Virus record (IMG/VR): IMGVR_UViG_2667527588_000007
Coordinates: 1-41,084 of that record
Strand: one strand, 5' to 3'
Length of the DNA stretch: 41,084 bases
Source: a virus
Taxonomy: Duplodnaviria; Heunggongvirae; Uroviricota; Caudoviricetes
Translations under genes and position numbers: made by a program
Notes under the pieces: generated by a model
What the model was told of the DNA's origin: nothing
The model's input: the letters and a program-made list of their open reading frames with translations, nothing else
The model's database searches: none
In this document: positions 1 through 8,990 of the stretch, piece after piece
How the letters are laid out: each line of letters starts with the position of its first letter
How positions within the stretch are numbered: the stretch's first letter is position 1

Positions 1-1254
1 ATGCTGGAACAAATGGGCATTGCCGCGAAGCAAGCCTCGTATAAATTAGCGCAACTCTCCAGCCGCGAAAAAAATCGCGTGCTGGAAAAAATCGCCGATG
101 AACTGGAAGCACAAAGCGAAATCATCCTCAACGCTAACGCCCAGGATGTTGCTGACGCGCGTGCCAATGGCCTTGGCGAAGCGATGCTTGACCGTCTGGC
201 ACTGACGCCCGCACGGCTGAAAGGCATTGCCGATGATGTGCGCCAGGTGTGTAACCTCGCCGATCCGGTGGGGCAGGTAATCGATGGCAGCGTACTGGAC
301 AGCGGCCTGCGTCTTGAGCGTCGTCGCGTACCGCTGGGGGTTATTGGCGTGATTTATGAAGCGCGCCCGAACGTGACGGTTGATGTCGCTTCGCTGTGCC
401 TGAAAACCGGTAATGCGGTGATCCTGCGCGGTGGCAAAGAAACGTGTCGCACTAACGCTGCAACGGTGGCGGTGATTCAGGACGCCCTGAAATCCTGCGG
501 CTTACCGGCGGGTGCCGTGCAGGCGATTGATAATCCTGACCGTGCGCTGGTCAGTGAAATGCTGCGTATGGATAAATACATCGACATGCTGATCCCGCGT
601 GGTGGCGCTGGTTTGCATAAACTGTGCCGTGAACAGTCGACAATCCCGGTGATCACAGGTGGTATAGGCGTATGCCATATTTACGTTGATGAAAGTGTAG
701 AGATCGCTGAAGCATTAAAAGTGATCGTCAACGCGAAAACTCAGCGTCCGAGCACATGTAATACGGTTGAAACGTTGCTGGTGAATAAAAACATCGCCGA
801 TAGCTTCCTGCCCGCATTAAGCAAACAAATGGCGGAAAGCGGCGTGACATTACACGCAGATGCAGCTGCACTGGCGCAGTTGCAGGCAGGCCCTGCGAAG
901 GTGGTTGCTGTTAAAGCCGAAGAGTATGACGATGAGTTTATGTCATTAGATTTGAACGTCAAAATCGTCAGCGATCTTGACGATGCCATCGCCCATATTC
1001 GTGAACACGGCACACAACACTCCGATGCGATCCTGACCCGCGATATGCGCAACGCCCAGCGTTTTGTTAACGAAGTGGATTCGTCCGCTGTTTACGTTAA
1101 CGCCTCTACGCGTTTTACCGACGGCGGCCAGTTTGGTCTGGGTGCGGAAGTGGCGGTAAGCACACAAAAACTCCACGCGCGTGGCCCAATGGGGCTGGAA
1201 GCACTGACCACTTACAAGTGGATCGGCATTGGTGATTACACCATTCGTGCGTAA
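1..1254 (+). CDS. proA: gamma-glutamyl phosphate reductase
   Basis: 417-aa ORF starting at position 1; colinear full-length match to enterobacterial ProA as recalled; followed by tRNA-Thr as in the E. coli proA-thrW locus. Confidence 0.95.
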   Translation: MLEQMGIAAKQASYKLAQLSSREKNRVLEKIADELEAQSEIILNANAQDVADARANGLGEAMLDRLALTPARLKGIADDVRQVCNLADPVGQVIDGSVLDSGLRLERRRVPLGVIGVIYEARPNVTVDVASLCLKTGNAVILRGGKETCRTNAATVAVIQDALKSCGLPAGAVQAIDNPDRALVSEMLRMDKYIDMLIPRGGAGLHKLCREQSTIPVITGGIGVCHIYVDESVEIAEALKVIVNAKTQRPSTCNTVETLLVNKNIADSFLPALSKQMAESGVTLHADAAALAQLQAGPAKVVAVKAEEYDDEFMSLDLNVKIVSDLDDAIAHIREHGTQHSDAILTRDMRNAQRFVNEVDSSAVYVNASTRFTDGGQFGLGAEVAVSTQKLHARGPMGLEALTTYKWIGIGDYTIRA

Positions 1255-1368
1255 ATAAAACCGGGTGATGCAAAAGTAGCCATTTGATTCACAAGGCCAT
1301 TGACGCATCGCCCGGTTAGTTTTAACCTTGTCCACCGTGATTCACGTTCGTGAACATGTCCTTTCAGG

Positions 1369-1444
1369 GCCGATATAGCTCAGTTGGTAGAGCAGCGCAT
1401 TCGTAATGCGAAGGTCGTAGGTTCGACTCCTATTATCGGCACCA
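1369..1444 (+). tRNA. thrW: tRNA-Thr (anticodon CGU)
   Basis: 76-nt sequence GCCGATATAGCTCAGTTGGTAGAGCAGCGCATTCGTAATGCGAAGGTCGTAGGTTCGACTCCTATTATCGGCACCA; cloverleaf with anticodon loop TTCGTAA; encoded CCA end. Confidence 0.93.
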
Positions 1445-1458
1445 TTTAAATCAATAAG

Positions 1459-2622
1459 TTACACATCATTAGTACCTTCCTTATTTTTTGACTGGGACAA
1501 ATTTGGGACCGATGGGTTCAGGATCGAGTCTATTTGCCGTGCGTGCTCGGTAAGGTGATTAGGTGCAAGGTGAGCATATCGACGAACCATTTCGATAGAC
1601 TCCCAGCCTCCCATTTCCTGTAACACTGACAACGGGACTCCGGCTTGAACCAGCCAACTTGCCCAGGTGTGTCTCAGGTCGTGAAATCTGAAATCATCAA
1701 TACCAGCCCGTCTCAGCGCCGCTTTCCAGGCTGTGTTTGCGTCATACCGCATCTTCCTTACTGTTGGCGCTTTCGTTCCGTCTGGTTTGGTACAGCTTTC
1801 CTTGTACACAAATACCCAACGGTGATGATTCCCGATTTGTTTTTTCAAAACGCGACATGCAGTATCATTCAGCGCAACGCCGATTGCGCGGTTTGATTTA
1901 CTCTCTTCCGGGTTTATCCATGCCACTCGGCGCTGCATATCTATTTGTTGCCATTCAAGGTTGATGATGTTCGAGCGTCTTAAGCCTGTTGCCAGTGCAA
2001 ATTCAACAACAGACTTTAATGGCTCCGGACATTCATCAATCAGCCTTTGTGCTTCATGGGGCTCCAGCCAGCGGATCCGTTTATTCTTTGGTTGAGGCAC
2101 TTTAATAATTGGTGCCTTATCCAGCATTTTCCATTCACGCTCTGCGGCTCTTAGTAGGGCCTTTATAAATGAAAGATGCGTAGCCTTCGTTGCAACGGAC
2201 GCTGGTTTTGGCGTGTATTCTGGAACAGGTTTCCCTTTTTTTCTGCATGCTTCTGCCCTGAGTTTCCAGTTTTCCTCATGACGCCGGTTCGTCATTTTCT
2301 GCATTGCTGAATAAATTTTTGATTCAGTAATGTCTCTTAGTTGCATTCCTGCGAAATGTTGAAGCCAGAATCCGATCCGGCTTTTGTCATCGTCCAGTGA
2401 TTTTTTATGTGCTTTCTCTTCAAGCCACCTGACACATGCTTCCTCGAACGTTATATCAGGTATTTCACCAAGTTTACTGACCCGCCATGCTTCAGCCTTT
2501 AGCTTGTCATGGAGTTCTGTCGCCTGCCTTTTGTCCTTTGTTCCAAGAGACTGTTTAAATCTTTTACCGTTCGGCAATGTGAAACTGGCGTACCATATTT
2601 CACCTCTGCGGAAGAGTGACAT
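1459..2622 (-). CDS. int: tyrosine-type phage integrase
   Basis: 387 aa; C-terminal [39 protein letters not shown] (R..H-x-x-R..Y catalytic signature); GAGGAA RBS upstream of start; adjacent to tRNA. Confidence 0.92.
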   Translation of the reverse strand: MSLFRRGEIWYASFTLPNGKRFKQSLGTKDKRQATELHDKLKAEAWRVSKLGEIPDITFEEACVRWLEEKAHKKSLDDDKSRIGFWLQHFAGMQLRDITESKIYSAMQKMTNRRHEENWKLRAEACRKKGKPVPEYTPKPASVATKATHLSFIKALLRAAEREWKMLDKAPIIKVPQPKNKRIRWLEPHEAQRLIDECPEPLKSVVEFALATGLRRSNIINLEWQQIDMQRRVAWINPEESKSNRAIGVALNDTACRVLKKQIGNHHRWVFVYKESCTKPDGTKAPTVRKMRYDANTAWKAALRRAGIDDFRFHDLRHTWASWLVQAGVPLSVLQEMGGWESIEMVRRYAHLAPNHLTEHARQIDSILNPSVPNLSQSKNKEGTNDV

Positions 2623-2849
2623 TTTCTTTCCTCTGTTATGCCATCACCCGCGCTCACCTGGACAGTATGCAGCGGAGACTGAAGAGCCGCAATGCAGGCT
2701 TGTCGTGTTGTGAGGTAAGGAGATTTATTCTTAGTGGGATCTTTGCGTGTTGCCTGAAGACGCCCTGTGCGTATCCAGTTAATAGCAGTCGGTCTGGATA
2801 TCTTGAGAAAATGACAGGCCTCATCGAGTGTGAGGCTGTATGGCTCCAT
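2499..2849 (-). CDS. xis: excisionase / AlpA-like HTH regulator
   Basis: Internal start [31 protein letters not shown] (AlpA/Xis-type HTH); TAATG stop-start overlap with upstream gene; AGGTG RBS; 3' end overlaps int start in another frame. Confidence 0.6.
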   Translation of the reverse strand: MEPYSLTLDEACHFLKISRPTAINWIRTGRLQATRKDPTKNKSPYLTTRQACIAALQSPLHTVQVSAGDGITEERKCHSSAEVKYGTPVSHCRTVKDLNSLLEQRTKGRRQNSMTS

Positions 2850-3193
2850 TATTTCACCTCTTGCTGTGACATTGTTGAAAAACGGATACCAGCTCGTTGC
2901 TGCCAGACGATCCAACCGAGAGTCATATCCCATGCCATGTATTCGTTATCGCCGTTTTTTGCTCTCCGACGATCGACTGTTTTACCGAAACGCTTTTCCA
3001 TAAATAATTCATAGGCTGCGCGTTCATCTGGCTCAACTTCCAGAGATGCCAGTGCAATCCGTGCCAGTTCTAAATCATTTTCAAGCTCAGCGCGAATCTC
3101 AGCGAATGCACTCTGTGTTAAGGCGAACTCAATGCTCTGCACTTTATTCCGTGCGCGCTCAAGCAGTGCATGGTAGTTAATTTCGGTTGTCAT
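2849..3193 (-). CDS. hypothetical protein
   Basis: 114-aa ORF translationally coupled (ATGA overlap) to the upstream PAPS-reductase-like gene. Confidence 0.5.
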   Translation of the reverse strand: MTTEINYHALLERARNKVQSIEFALTQSAFAEIRAELENDLELARIALASLEVEPDERAAYELFMEKRFGKTVDRRRAKNGDNEYMAWDMTLGWIVWQQRAGIRFSTMSQQEVK

Positions 3194-4068
3194 ACCCCTA
3201 CCTCTTCGAATTCCAATTCCAATTGATCACCCCAGATTTCACATGACTCTGAACACGAACCGGTATCGAATCGCCTGGCCTGTACCATCGCCTGATACAA
3301 ATTTCTGTAGTCGCTGTTGGCAGACATTCTGGCAATTCCGTCAAGCGTCAGGTGACCACGGTACATAATGTCTTTACCTGTTCTGCGATGACCATCCCTG
3401 ACGTGTTTGCCTGTAACCAGCTCATTAAAAACTCGCATCAGACCTGGTTCGTCTTTACATGCAAGCCCCAGCTTTTGCGTTGACTTTTTGATGCAGAAAA
3501 CACAGTTCCCGAGATGCTCCGGGATTTGCAAATCAAAAGGTTGTTTTCGCCACCACCGGATAACATCCGACTTATCAAAATCTGACAGCTCGGCAAGATA
3601 CCGGACGCCCGATTTCGGTTTCAGCCTACGGGGTTCGTCTGCACGAATACCCAGCCATGTGATGTAATTACCTCGCCCGAAATGGTTATCGCAGTATTTC
3701 GTGAAAGGGATGAGTTTTAGCCTGTCAGTACAGAACGCGCCGCCGATGTATGGCGTGCCGTACTTTTTAACCATGTCCATAAACGGTTTAAGCACCGGCA
3801 TTCGTGTCTGAATATCCTTTGGCTCCCATTCTGTATAACCATTTGGCTGCCCAAGCTCAGGATTTATATCGACCTGTAACACAGTTAGTGGTATGTCCCA
3901 GAGCTTTACAACCTCCCGGATAAAGCGGTATGTCAGCGGATGTTCGCAACCGGTATCCATAAAGATGTAGCAGACGTTATTGCCAGCCTTTCTTTGTTCT
4001 TCCATCAGGTGAACAAGATATGCGGATGTTCTCCCGCCAGAAAAACTAACTACATGAGTTATGCACAT
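3190..4068 (-). CDS. phosphoadenosine-phosphosulfate reductase family protein (PP-loop ATP pyrophosphatase fold)
   Basis: Start chosen at MCITHVVSFSGGRTS (PP-loop SGG-x-x-S motif near N-terminus); longer ORF-track start would overlap the upstream gene by over 100 nt. Confidence 0.7.
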   Translation of the reverse strand: MCITHVVSFSGGRTSAYLVHLMEEQRKAGNNVCYIFMDTGCEHPLTYRFIREVVKLWDIPLTVLQVDINPELGQPNGYTEWEPKDIQTRMPVLKPFMDMVKKYGTPYIGGAFCTDRLKLIPFTKYCDNHFGRGNYITWLGIRADEPRRLKPKSGVRYLAELSDFDKSDVIRWWRKQPFDLQIPEHLGNCVFCIKKSTQKLGLACKDEPGLMRVFNELVTGKHVRDGHRRTGKDIMYRGHLTLDGIARMSANSDYRNLYQAMVQARRFDTGSCSESCEIWGDQLELEFEEVGV

Positions 4069-4595
4069 TTGCGTAATTCCGATAACTCGTTGAAGCGTTC
4101 CATAAACATCCCGTAGGCATGGCCCGGTGCCAGTGGAATAACTTTGAACATCTCTGTTGCCGGGATACCTTCCAGTACAGGCCATAAAGAGCCATCATCA
4201 AGCCCGAGATCACGGCGTTCGGTTGCCAGCATAATGAGATCGGCATATTTCACTGGCGTGCTCATAACAGGAGGTAACCCGTATTTCTCACGGATTACTG
4301 CATCTATTTTTTCTTCCATCCGTTTATAGTCAGGAAGAAGGCGTTTCAGTGGTGCGGGGATGTCCTGGCAATACGCTTCTGTTGCATCATGCATTAACGC
4401 TTCAAAAGCAAACTCCTGCGGCACCAGCTGGCTGCAAAGCACCGCATGTTGGGCGACACTGTAGAAGTGAGAAAGATGACCGGCAAAGCGACAGATATTT
4501 GAAAGGGAAACCGCGATATCGTTAATCACGATGTCGTCTTTATTTATCTTGTCATAATAAAAATGCTTCCCGGAAAAAGTTTTAATAAATGACAT
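4059..4595 (-). CDS. HD-domain phosphohydrolase (YfdR-like 5'-deoxynucleotidase family)
   Basis: H..HD metal-binding motif (HFYSVAQHAVL ... ALMHDATEAY); ATG at 4595 preceded by GGAGAA RBS; track start at 4622 is a GTG. Confidence 0.7.
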   Translation of the reverse strand: MSFIKTFSGKHFYYDKINKDDIVINDIAVSLSNICRFAGHLSHFYSVAQHAVLCSQLVPQEFAFEALMHDATEAYCQDIPAPLKRLLPDYKRMEEKIDAVIREKYGLPPVMSTPVKYADLIMLATERRDLGLDDGSLWPVLEGIPATEMFKVIPLAPGHAYGMFMERFNELSELRKCA

Positions 4596-4722
4596 TTTGT
4601 TCTCCACGTATATGCGCTGCACCGCGCTGAGTTTGGGTAAAAGGAAGCCCTCACCATCCGGTGATTATTGAGTTAATTACGTTTCCATAAATGCCCCCGC
4701 AGGGGCATTTGCAGTAATGAAA

Positions 4723-5547
4723 TCAGGCGGTGAAAGTACCAATAAAGGTTTCTACTTTGCTGTCTTTGAATTTCTCAACAAGCAGATCACGAAATTCGTT
4801 AGCCATATCTTCCTGCACTGCTTCCAGCTGAATAATGCGCAGAACCAGTACAGGACGATCGCCAGTGATAATGCTGAGGCGTAATTTAAACGGACGTTCT
4901 TTCAGACCTTCAAACGGAACGCATTTAAATTCAAATGCCACTGGCATAATGTCTTTGGTCTTCGCTTCGACAGATTCCATCAGGGAGCGTTTGCCGCTGA
5001 AGTCATTATCTTCAAAATCAGCGGTCTGGTTTGCTTCAATCGTGATTTTACGGATTGCCGCAGCCGCTTTTGTTGCCTGAATGGCGTCACCATTAGCATC
5101 AAAGCCCACAAGGTAGTCGGCCCAGTCTTCAATCCATTCTGCCAGTGACTTCTGGGAGTTACGCTCGCCGTTAACAGACAACAGAGCAGAGAACGGTGCT
5201 GTCTTTTTCAGTTTGAGTGTGGCGGTGTTATCTGCGTGACCTGGTTCATCAATAGTACCCAGGTTAAGCACACTGACGGCACGCATATTATCAGCATCGA
5301 TAAAGCAGCGGGTGCCTTCATCTGCAAGATCTTTAGAATAACGGGTAAAGTCATCGATGCTGGCAGTGGAAAGCGCACCACGGAAACGGAAGCGATTTAA
5401 ATTAAATTTTTCCAGATCATGAATGCGGAAATTCTCAGGCAATGCCACAGCATCGGCACCAATCTTACTGATAATTTCATTAACACCCTGAGCAGAAATA
5501 AGGGCATGGATTTGATTAATTGCGGTTGCGTCTAAGTTCTGAGACAT
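4723..5547 (-). CDS. YfdQ-like (DUF2303 family) phage protein
   Basis: 274 aa beginning [12 protein letters not shown]; recalled as conserved prophage family adjacent to an HD-hydrolase as in CPS-53-type prophages; GAGGA RBS. Confidence 0.55.
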
Positions 5548-5612
5548 AATAAGTCCTCACTATATAAAGATATTCAGTGATGAGATAAATAATCAGTTAA
5601 TTAAAAACGATA

Positions 5613-5975
5613 TTAACGACCTGCTGCGCGGAGTTTTCCGTCAGGTTCACCGGCAAGAGTCAGCAACTGTCCCTGGTCTTCCTGCAGAATAGTCAGGCGA
5701 CCACCGCGATTGACATACATCGGCGTTTCGGTGGTGTCTTCTTCGGAAATTTTCCCGCGGTTAGTCGGGCGAACATATGAGAGTTTGTGTTTGATTTTCA
5801 CTCGGTTCTCATCAAACGGTTCGATTTCCAGGTTGAGCGAGACCTTACCTTTGGTTTTCGTGTTCATCACACCGGAAGCGACTTCACTGAGAACTGCGCC
5901 GATTTTGGTTTCAAATACGCCGCCGTCCAGCTCCCCGATAAATGCCTGCACATCAGTACTGCGTTCGCTAGCCAT
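5613..5975 (-). CDS. hypothetical phage protein
   Basis: Start MASERSTDVQAF preceded by GAGGAG RBS at optimal spacing; the 100-aa N-terminal extension in the ORF track has no RBS and is arginine/leucine-rich. Confidence 0.6.
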   Translation of the reverse strand: MASERSTDVQAFIGELDGGVFETKIGAVLSEVASGVMNTKTKGKVSLNLEIEPFDENRVKIKHKLSYVRPTNRGKISEEDTTETPMYVNRGGRLTILQEDQGQLLTLAGEPDGKLRAAGR

Positions 5976-6443
5976 TTTGCTGCTCCTCATCATATCGACC
6001 CTGCAAGGTCGGTTAGTTTCTCCACAAAACAGAGAAGAACACCTGCGGTGGCTGCCGCCCGGATGGATTGGGTTATGAGCCCGTCGTCCGGTGATGCTCT
6101 TCTCTGTTTTGTAAAAAGGACGGTACCAGCCGGAAGCAAGGGTACAAGCTGGTACCGCCAAGACTACACACAGCATAAAGTTGTGGTGCCGGGTGCCTCC
6201 CGGTGCCTGGCGAAGGTTGCACACCAGGCGGGTGGGTATCCACAGAAGGTCGACTGTCAGCCTCAACCTTAACCCGCGTGCGCTGAGCCGCATTCACCAC
6301 AACGCTAAGGATTCTCTCTGGTTGAAAATACTTAGCTGTTATGTGCCTGCTTTTAGCCACATCAGGCGAGGTGGACCTAGTTATTCCCCAACAACAAGGA
6401 TTCGGTTAATCTGGTTATCCCCAACAACGCAAAAGGAAAAGAA

Positions 6444-6878
6444 ATGTCCGGTAATATCTATACGCTGTACAAATCCCACTGTGAAAATGTTGGAAAGTAT
6501 CGGGGCATTGAAATCAGTGGGGTAGTGTCATCAGTCGAAATAAGCAAAGTTGAATCAAGGGCAACATTACTTACTCTTCTGGACCTTGTCTTACATGAGC
6601 ACCGGAAGAAATTCGGCACTCCCTATAATCAGTTGAATGGGAAAAAGGCTCTGGTTCACCTTATTCTGATGAAGCATCACTGGATGCCAAAACAGATTAA
6701 TGAGATGAAATTTGATGAACTTCTTCTTTCAATTCAGGATGAACTCACACTTGATAAAATAAGCGTAACCGCCCAGAAATTTTTAGATTATCGAGACTGG
6801 AGATCACAAATTCATCACTTTGATGATTTTGACGAAAATGAATGGGATCCTAATTTGTCTGCACAATATCTAAAGTAA
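6444..6878 (+). CDS. hypothetical protein (AT-rich accessory gene in immunity region)
   Basis: 144-aa ORF with AAGGAA RBS, visibly AT-rich relative to neighbours; opposite strand to the leftward early operon. Confidence 0.6.
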   Translation: MSGNIYTLYKSHCENVGKYRGIEISGVVSSVEISKVESRATLLTLLDLVLHEHRKKFGTPYNQLNGKKALVHLILMKHHWMPKQINEMKFDELLLSIQDELTLDKISVTAQKFLDYRDWRSQIHHFDDFDENEWDPNLSAQYLK

Positions 6879-7056
6879 CATCCTGTGATAAAACCGTGAT
6901 TTCCTGATCCAGTTTTTTTAAGGAGTCTATTGTTTCCTGTCGATAAGACAGCACTTCACGAAGCTGGTTTATAGCTGCCAGCTTCTTTGTCATCCACTCA
7001 TAAATTTCCTCATCTGTGTAGCCAGGCGCGACGATTTTGGGTTCTGTTTTGTGCAT
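6850..7056 (-). CDS. hypothetical small protein (first gene of leftward operon)
   Basis: ATG at 7056 preceded by AGGAG RBS at 7-nt spacing; 68 aa; track start at 7071 is TTG; 3' end overlaps the 6444-6878 gene convergently by 29 nt. Confidence 0.55.
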   Translation of the reverse strand: MHKTEPKIVAPGYTDEEIYEWMTKKLAAINQLREVLSYRQETIDSLKKLDQEITVLSQDVTLDIVQTN

Positions 7057-7104
7057 TTCACATCTCCTCAAGTTATCAGTTACTTGTTGATGGGGACCAG
7101 ATTG

Positions 7105-7137
7105 TTAAAGAGCTAAGCGTCCTGTAGGGCGCTTTTT
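7105..7137 (+). terminator. intrinsic terminator-like hairpin followed by T-run
   Basis: GCGTCCTGTAGGGCGC stem-loop followed by TTTTTTG. Confidence 0.4.
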
Positions 7138-7290
7138 TGTTGCTAACGAATCATCCTGGACTTCATATGCCCCAGGCGGCTACTTCGTGGGCGTCCTGCC
7201 TGTTCGTTTTTGACATTTACTGACTGCTTACGACACATGCACCGTGTTGCAACCAGATTTTGTTGTAATCCTGTAGTTGGTCTGGAACAA

Positions 7291-7319
7291 AAGATAAAAT
7301 TAAATTGCGAGATATGCAA
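7291..7319 (-). promoter_or_regulatory. candidate leftward early promoter (PL-like)
   Basis: On minus strand TTGCAT, 17-nt spacer, TATCTT; -35 lies within an operator repeat. Confidence 0.35.
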
Positions 7320-7341
7320 GTGATATTTGCGAGATATGCAA
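7305..7341. promoter_or_regulatory. OL-like operator: two direct copies of TTGCGAGATATGCAA (TTGC-N7-GCAA)
   Basis: Identical 15-mers at 7305-7319 and 7327-7341, 22 bp centre to centre; same TTGC-N7-GCAA architecture occurs in the cI-cro intergenic region. Confidence 0.6.
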
Positions 7342-7351
7342 ATTTATAGGT

Positions 7352-7375
7352 AATAAAAAGCCACCTTTCGGTGGC
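7352..7375 (-). terminator. intrinsic terminator downstream of cI
   Basis: GCCACC-TTTC-GGTGGC hairpin with U-run on the minus-strand transcript, 20 nt after the cI stop. Confidence 0.6.
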
Positions 7376-7395
7376 CGATGGATGGGATATTGAGG

Positions 7396-8088
7396 TTAAT
7401 TATGTCTCTTAAGGGTTTGCGACTGACTGATTAAGACCTTTCCAAAGACCATGAATCGGTGTTCGTTTTCGCTAGTAATTCCCCATTCACGGTAAATCTG
7501 GTTATCAGAAATCACCAGCAGTTTGTCAGGAATCATTTGAAGTCTTTTAACGTATATTTTGTCATCAAAACCAAAGACATATATACCATCACCATCAAAC
7601 TGATTGATGCTGACATCAACGAAGATGAGATCTCCTGGCTCAATGGTTGGACACATACTGTCCCCACGAACGTTGATAACTTTGATGTGATTGGCTGGTC
7701 GTCCGCCGAACATTGATACAGCATTATCAGTTCTGTATTCGATGGCATGAATCACATCAATGACATCACCGCCCTGGATAAGGCCATTTCCCGCACTGGC
7801 ACTGATATCCAGCATTTCAATACGGAACACATCCTTCACCTGCGCAACATCCTCATTGTTACTGTTTTTATATACAGTATTACTTTTGTGGGCAGAGGTA
7901 AAGAGATCAGCAATATCAACACCTAAGCTCTTGGCAATATTACTCAGTGTTTGTTCGGTAAATTGTTTTTGCTTACCCGTTTCTAAGCGCGAGATGTTCG
8001 CCGCATCTACTCCTATCGCTTCAGCGAGATCGGCGATTTTCATGTTCTTCGCTTGGCGAAGTTGTCTGACTCGGTTTCCTATGTTCAT
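7396..8088 (-). CDS. cI: CI-type prophage repressor (XRE HTH + S24 LexA-like peptidase domain)
   Basis: N-terminal HTH (RVRQLRQAKNMKIADLAEAIGVDAANISRLETG), C-terminal S24 signature (GDSMCPTIEPGDLIFVD ... KRL); divergent from cro; no SD before ATG. Confidence 0.9.
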   Translation of the reverse strand: MNIGNRVRQLRQAKNMKIADLAEAIGVDAANISRLETGKQKQFTEQTLSNIAKSLGVDIADLFTSAHKSNTVYKNSNNEDVAQVKDVFRIEMLDISASAGNGLIQGGDVIDVIHAIEYRTDNAVSMFGGRPANHIKVINVRGDSMCPTIEPGDLIFVDVSINQFDGDGIYVFGFDDKIYVKRLQMIPDKLLVISDNQIYREWGITSENEHRFMVFGKVLISQSQTLKRHN

Positions 8089-8185
8089 GCGTTTATTACA
8101 TTTCTTTATTGCGTGATAAGCAAATCAACTTGCGCAAAATAATTGCGTGAAATAACATGCATAACGCGCAATATTTGGAGGGCGT
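8089..8185. promoter_or_regulatory. OR-like operator/promoter region between cI and cro
   Basis: TTGCGTGATAAGCAA (8109-8123) matches TTGC-N7-GCAA; candidate PR -35 TTGCGC (8130-8135) and -10 TAACAT (8153-8158); GGAGGG RBS for cro. Confidence 0.55.
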
Positions 8186-8446
8186 ATGCAATCACCATTA
8201 CGAAATGTGCGTAAGGCGCATGGTTTCACTTTGCAGCATGTTGCTGCGGGTGTTCAAGTCAATCCAGCGACGTTGAGTCGTATTGAGAGGCTGGAGCAGA
8301 TTCCATCTATCGAGCTTGCAGAACGTTTAGCCAATTTTTTTAAGGGTGAAGTCAGCGAAATGCAGATTCTTTATCCGGCACGTTTTCAATCTAGCCAAAA
8401 CCAGAATGGGTTTAAACCACAGGAACAGGAGGTGAACCGTGGGTAA
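8186..8446 (+). CDS. cro: Cro-like HTH regulator
   Basis: 86 aa; HTH QHVAAGVQVNPATLSRIER; divergent from cI; strong RBS. Confidence 0.8.
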   Translation: MQSPLRNVRKAHGFTLQHVAAGVQVNPATLSRIERLEQIPSIELAERLANFFKGEVSEMQILYPARFQSSQNQNGFKPQEQEVNRG

Positions 8447-8990
8447 GCATCACTGGAAAGTAGAAAAACAGCCTGAGTGGTACGTGAAAGCTGTCAGAAA
8501 AACTATCGCAGCGTTGCCGGGGGGGTACGCTGAAGCTGCTGACTGGCTGGATGTAACAGAGAACGCATTATTTAACCGCCTTCGTGCCGATGGCGATCAG
8601 ATTTTCCCGCTGGGATGGGCAATGATTTTGCAACGTGCTGGTGGAACTCACTTCATTGCTGACGCTGTGGCGCAGTCTGCAAATGGCGTCTTTGTGTCTC
8701 TTCCTGATGTCGAGGATGTGGACAACGCCGATATCAACCAACGCCTGCTGGAGGTCATTGAACAGATCGGCAGTTATTCAAAACAGATTCGTTCAGCAAT
8801 TGAAGACGGTGTAGTGGAACCGCATGAGAAGACAGCAATTAACGACGAGCTGTACCTCTCAATTTCGAAGCTGCAGGAGCATGCAGCACTGGTCTACAAA
8901 ATTTTTTGCATTTCAGAAAGTAATGACGCCCGCGAGTGTGCAGCTCCGGGCGCCGTGGCGTGTCGTGACTGTGGAGAAACTAACGCATGA
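8439..8990 (+). CDS. hypothetical early regulatory protein
   Basis: GTG start with AGGAGG RBS; 183 aa with C-terminal Cys cluster; occupies the position after cro. Confidence 0.5.
   Translation: MGKHHWKVEKQPEWYVKAVRKTIAALPGGYAEAADWLDVTENALFNRLRADGDQIFPLGWAMILQRAGGTHFIADAVAQSANGVFVSLPDVEDVDNADINQRLLEVIEQIGSYSKQIRSAIEDGVVEPHEKTAINDELYLSISKLQEHAALVYKIFCISESNDARECAAPGAVACRDCGETNA

Noticed and set aside
741-1335. Minus-strand ORFs 741-1052 and 946-1335 inside or abutting proA
   Set aside because: Antisense shadow ORFs of a highly confident proA gene; no RBS; low-complexity translation.
1300-1360. Palindrome TTCACGTTCGTGAA and TTGACG -35-like element upstream of thrW as a regulatory site
   Set aside because: Likely just the tRNA promoter region; -10 element is poor and no further evidence for a specific operator.
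1445-2622. O-antigen glucosylation genes (gtrA/gtrB/gtr-type) expected next to int in SfV-type thrW phages
   Set aside because: No flippase, bactoprenol glucosyltransferase or large polytopic glucosyltransferase ORFs adjacent to int or at the right end of the window.
5613-6293. Long 226-aa version of the minus-strand ORF, and track ORFs 5787-6272, 6073-6360 and 6181-6525
   Set aside because: The N-terminal extension is Arg/Leu/Cys-rich with no RBS, while a strong GAGGAG RBS precedes the internal ATG at 5975. The others overlap each other antisense within the structured GC-rich region and lack start contexts.
5976-6440. Retron-like msr/msd ncRNA suggested by flanking inverted repeats
   Set aside because: No reverse transcriptase gene anywhere in the window, and the inverted repeats are not followed by an RT ORF; retained only as a generic structured-RNA candidate.
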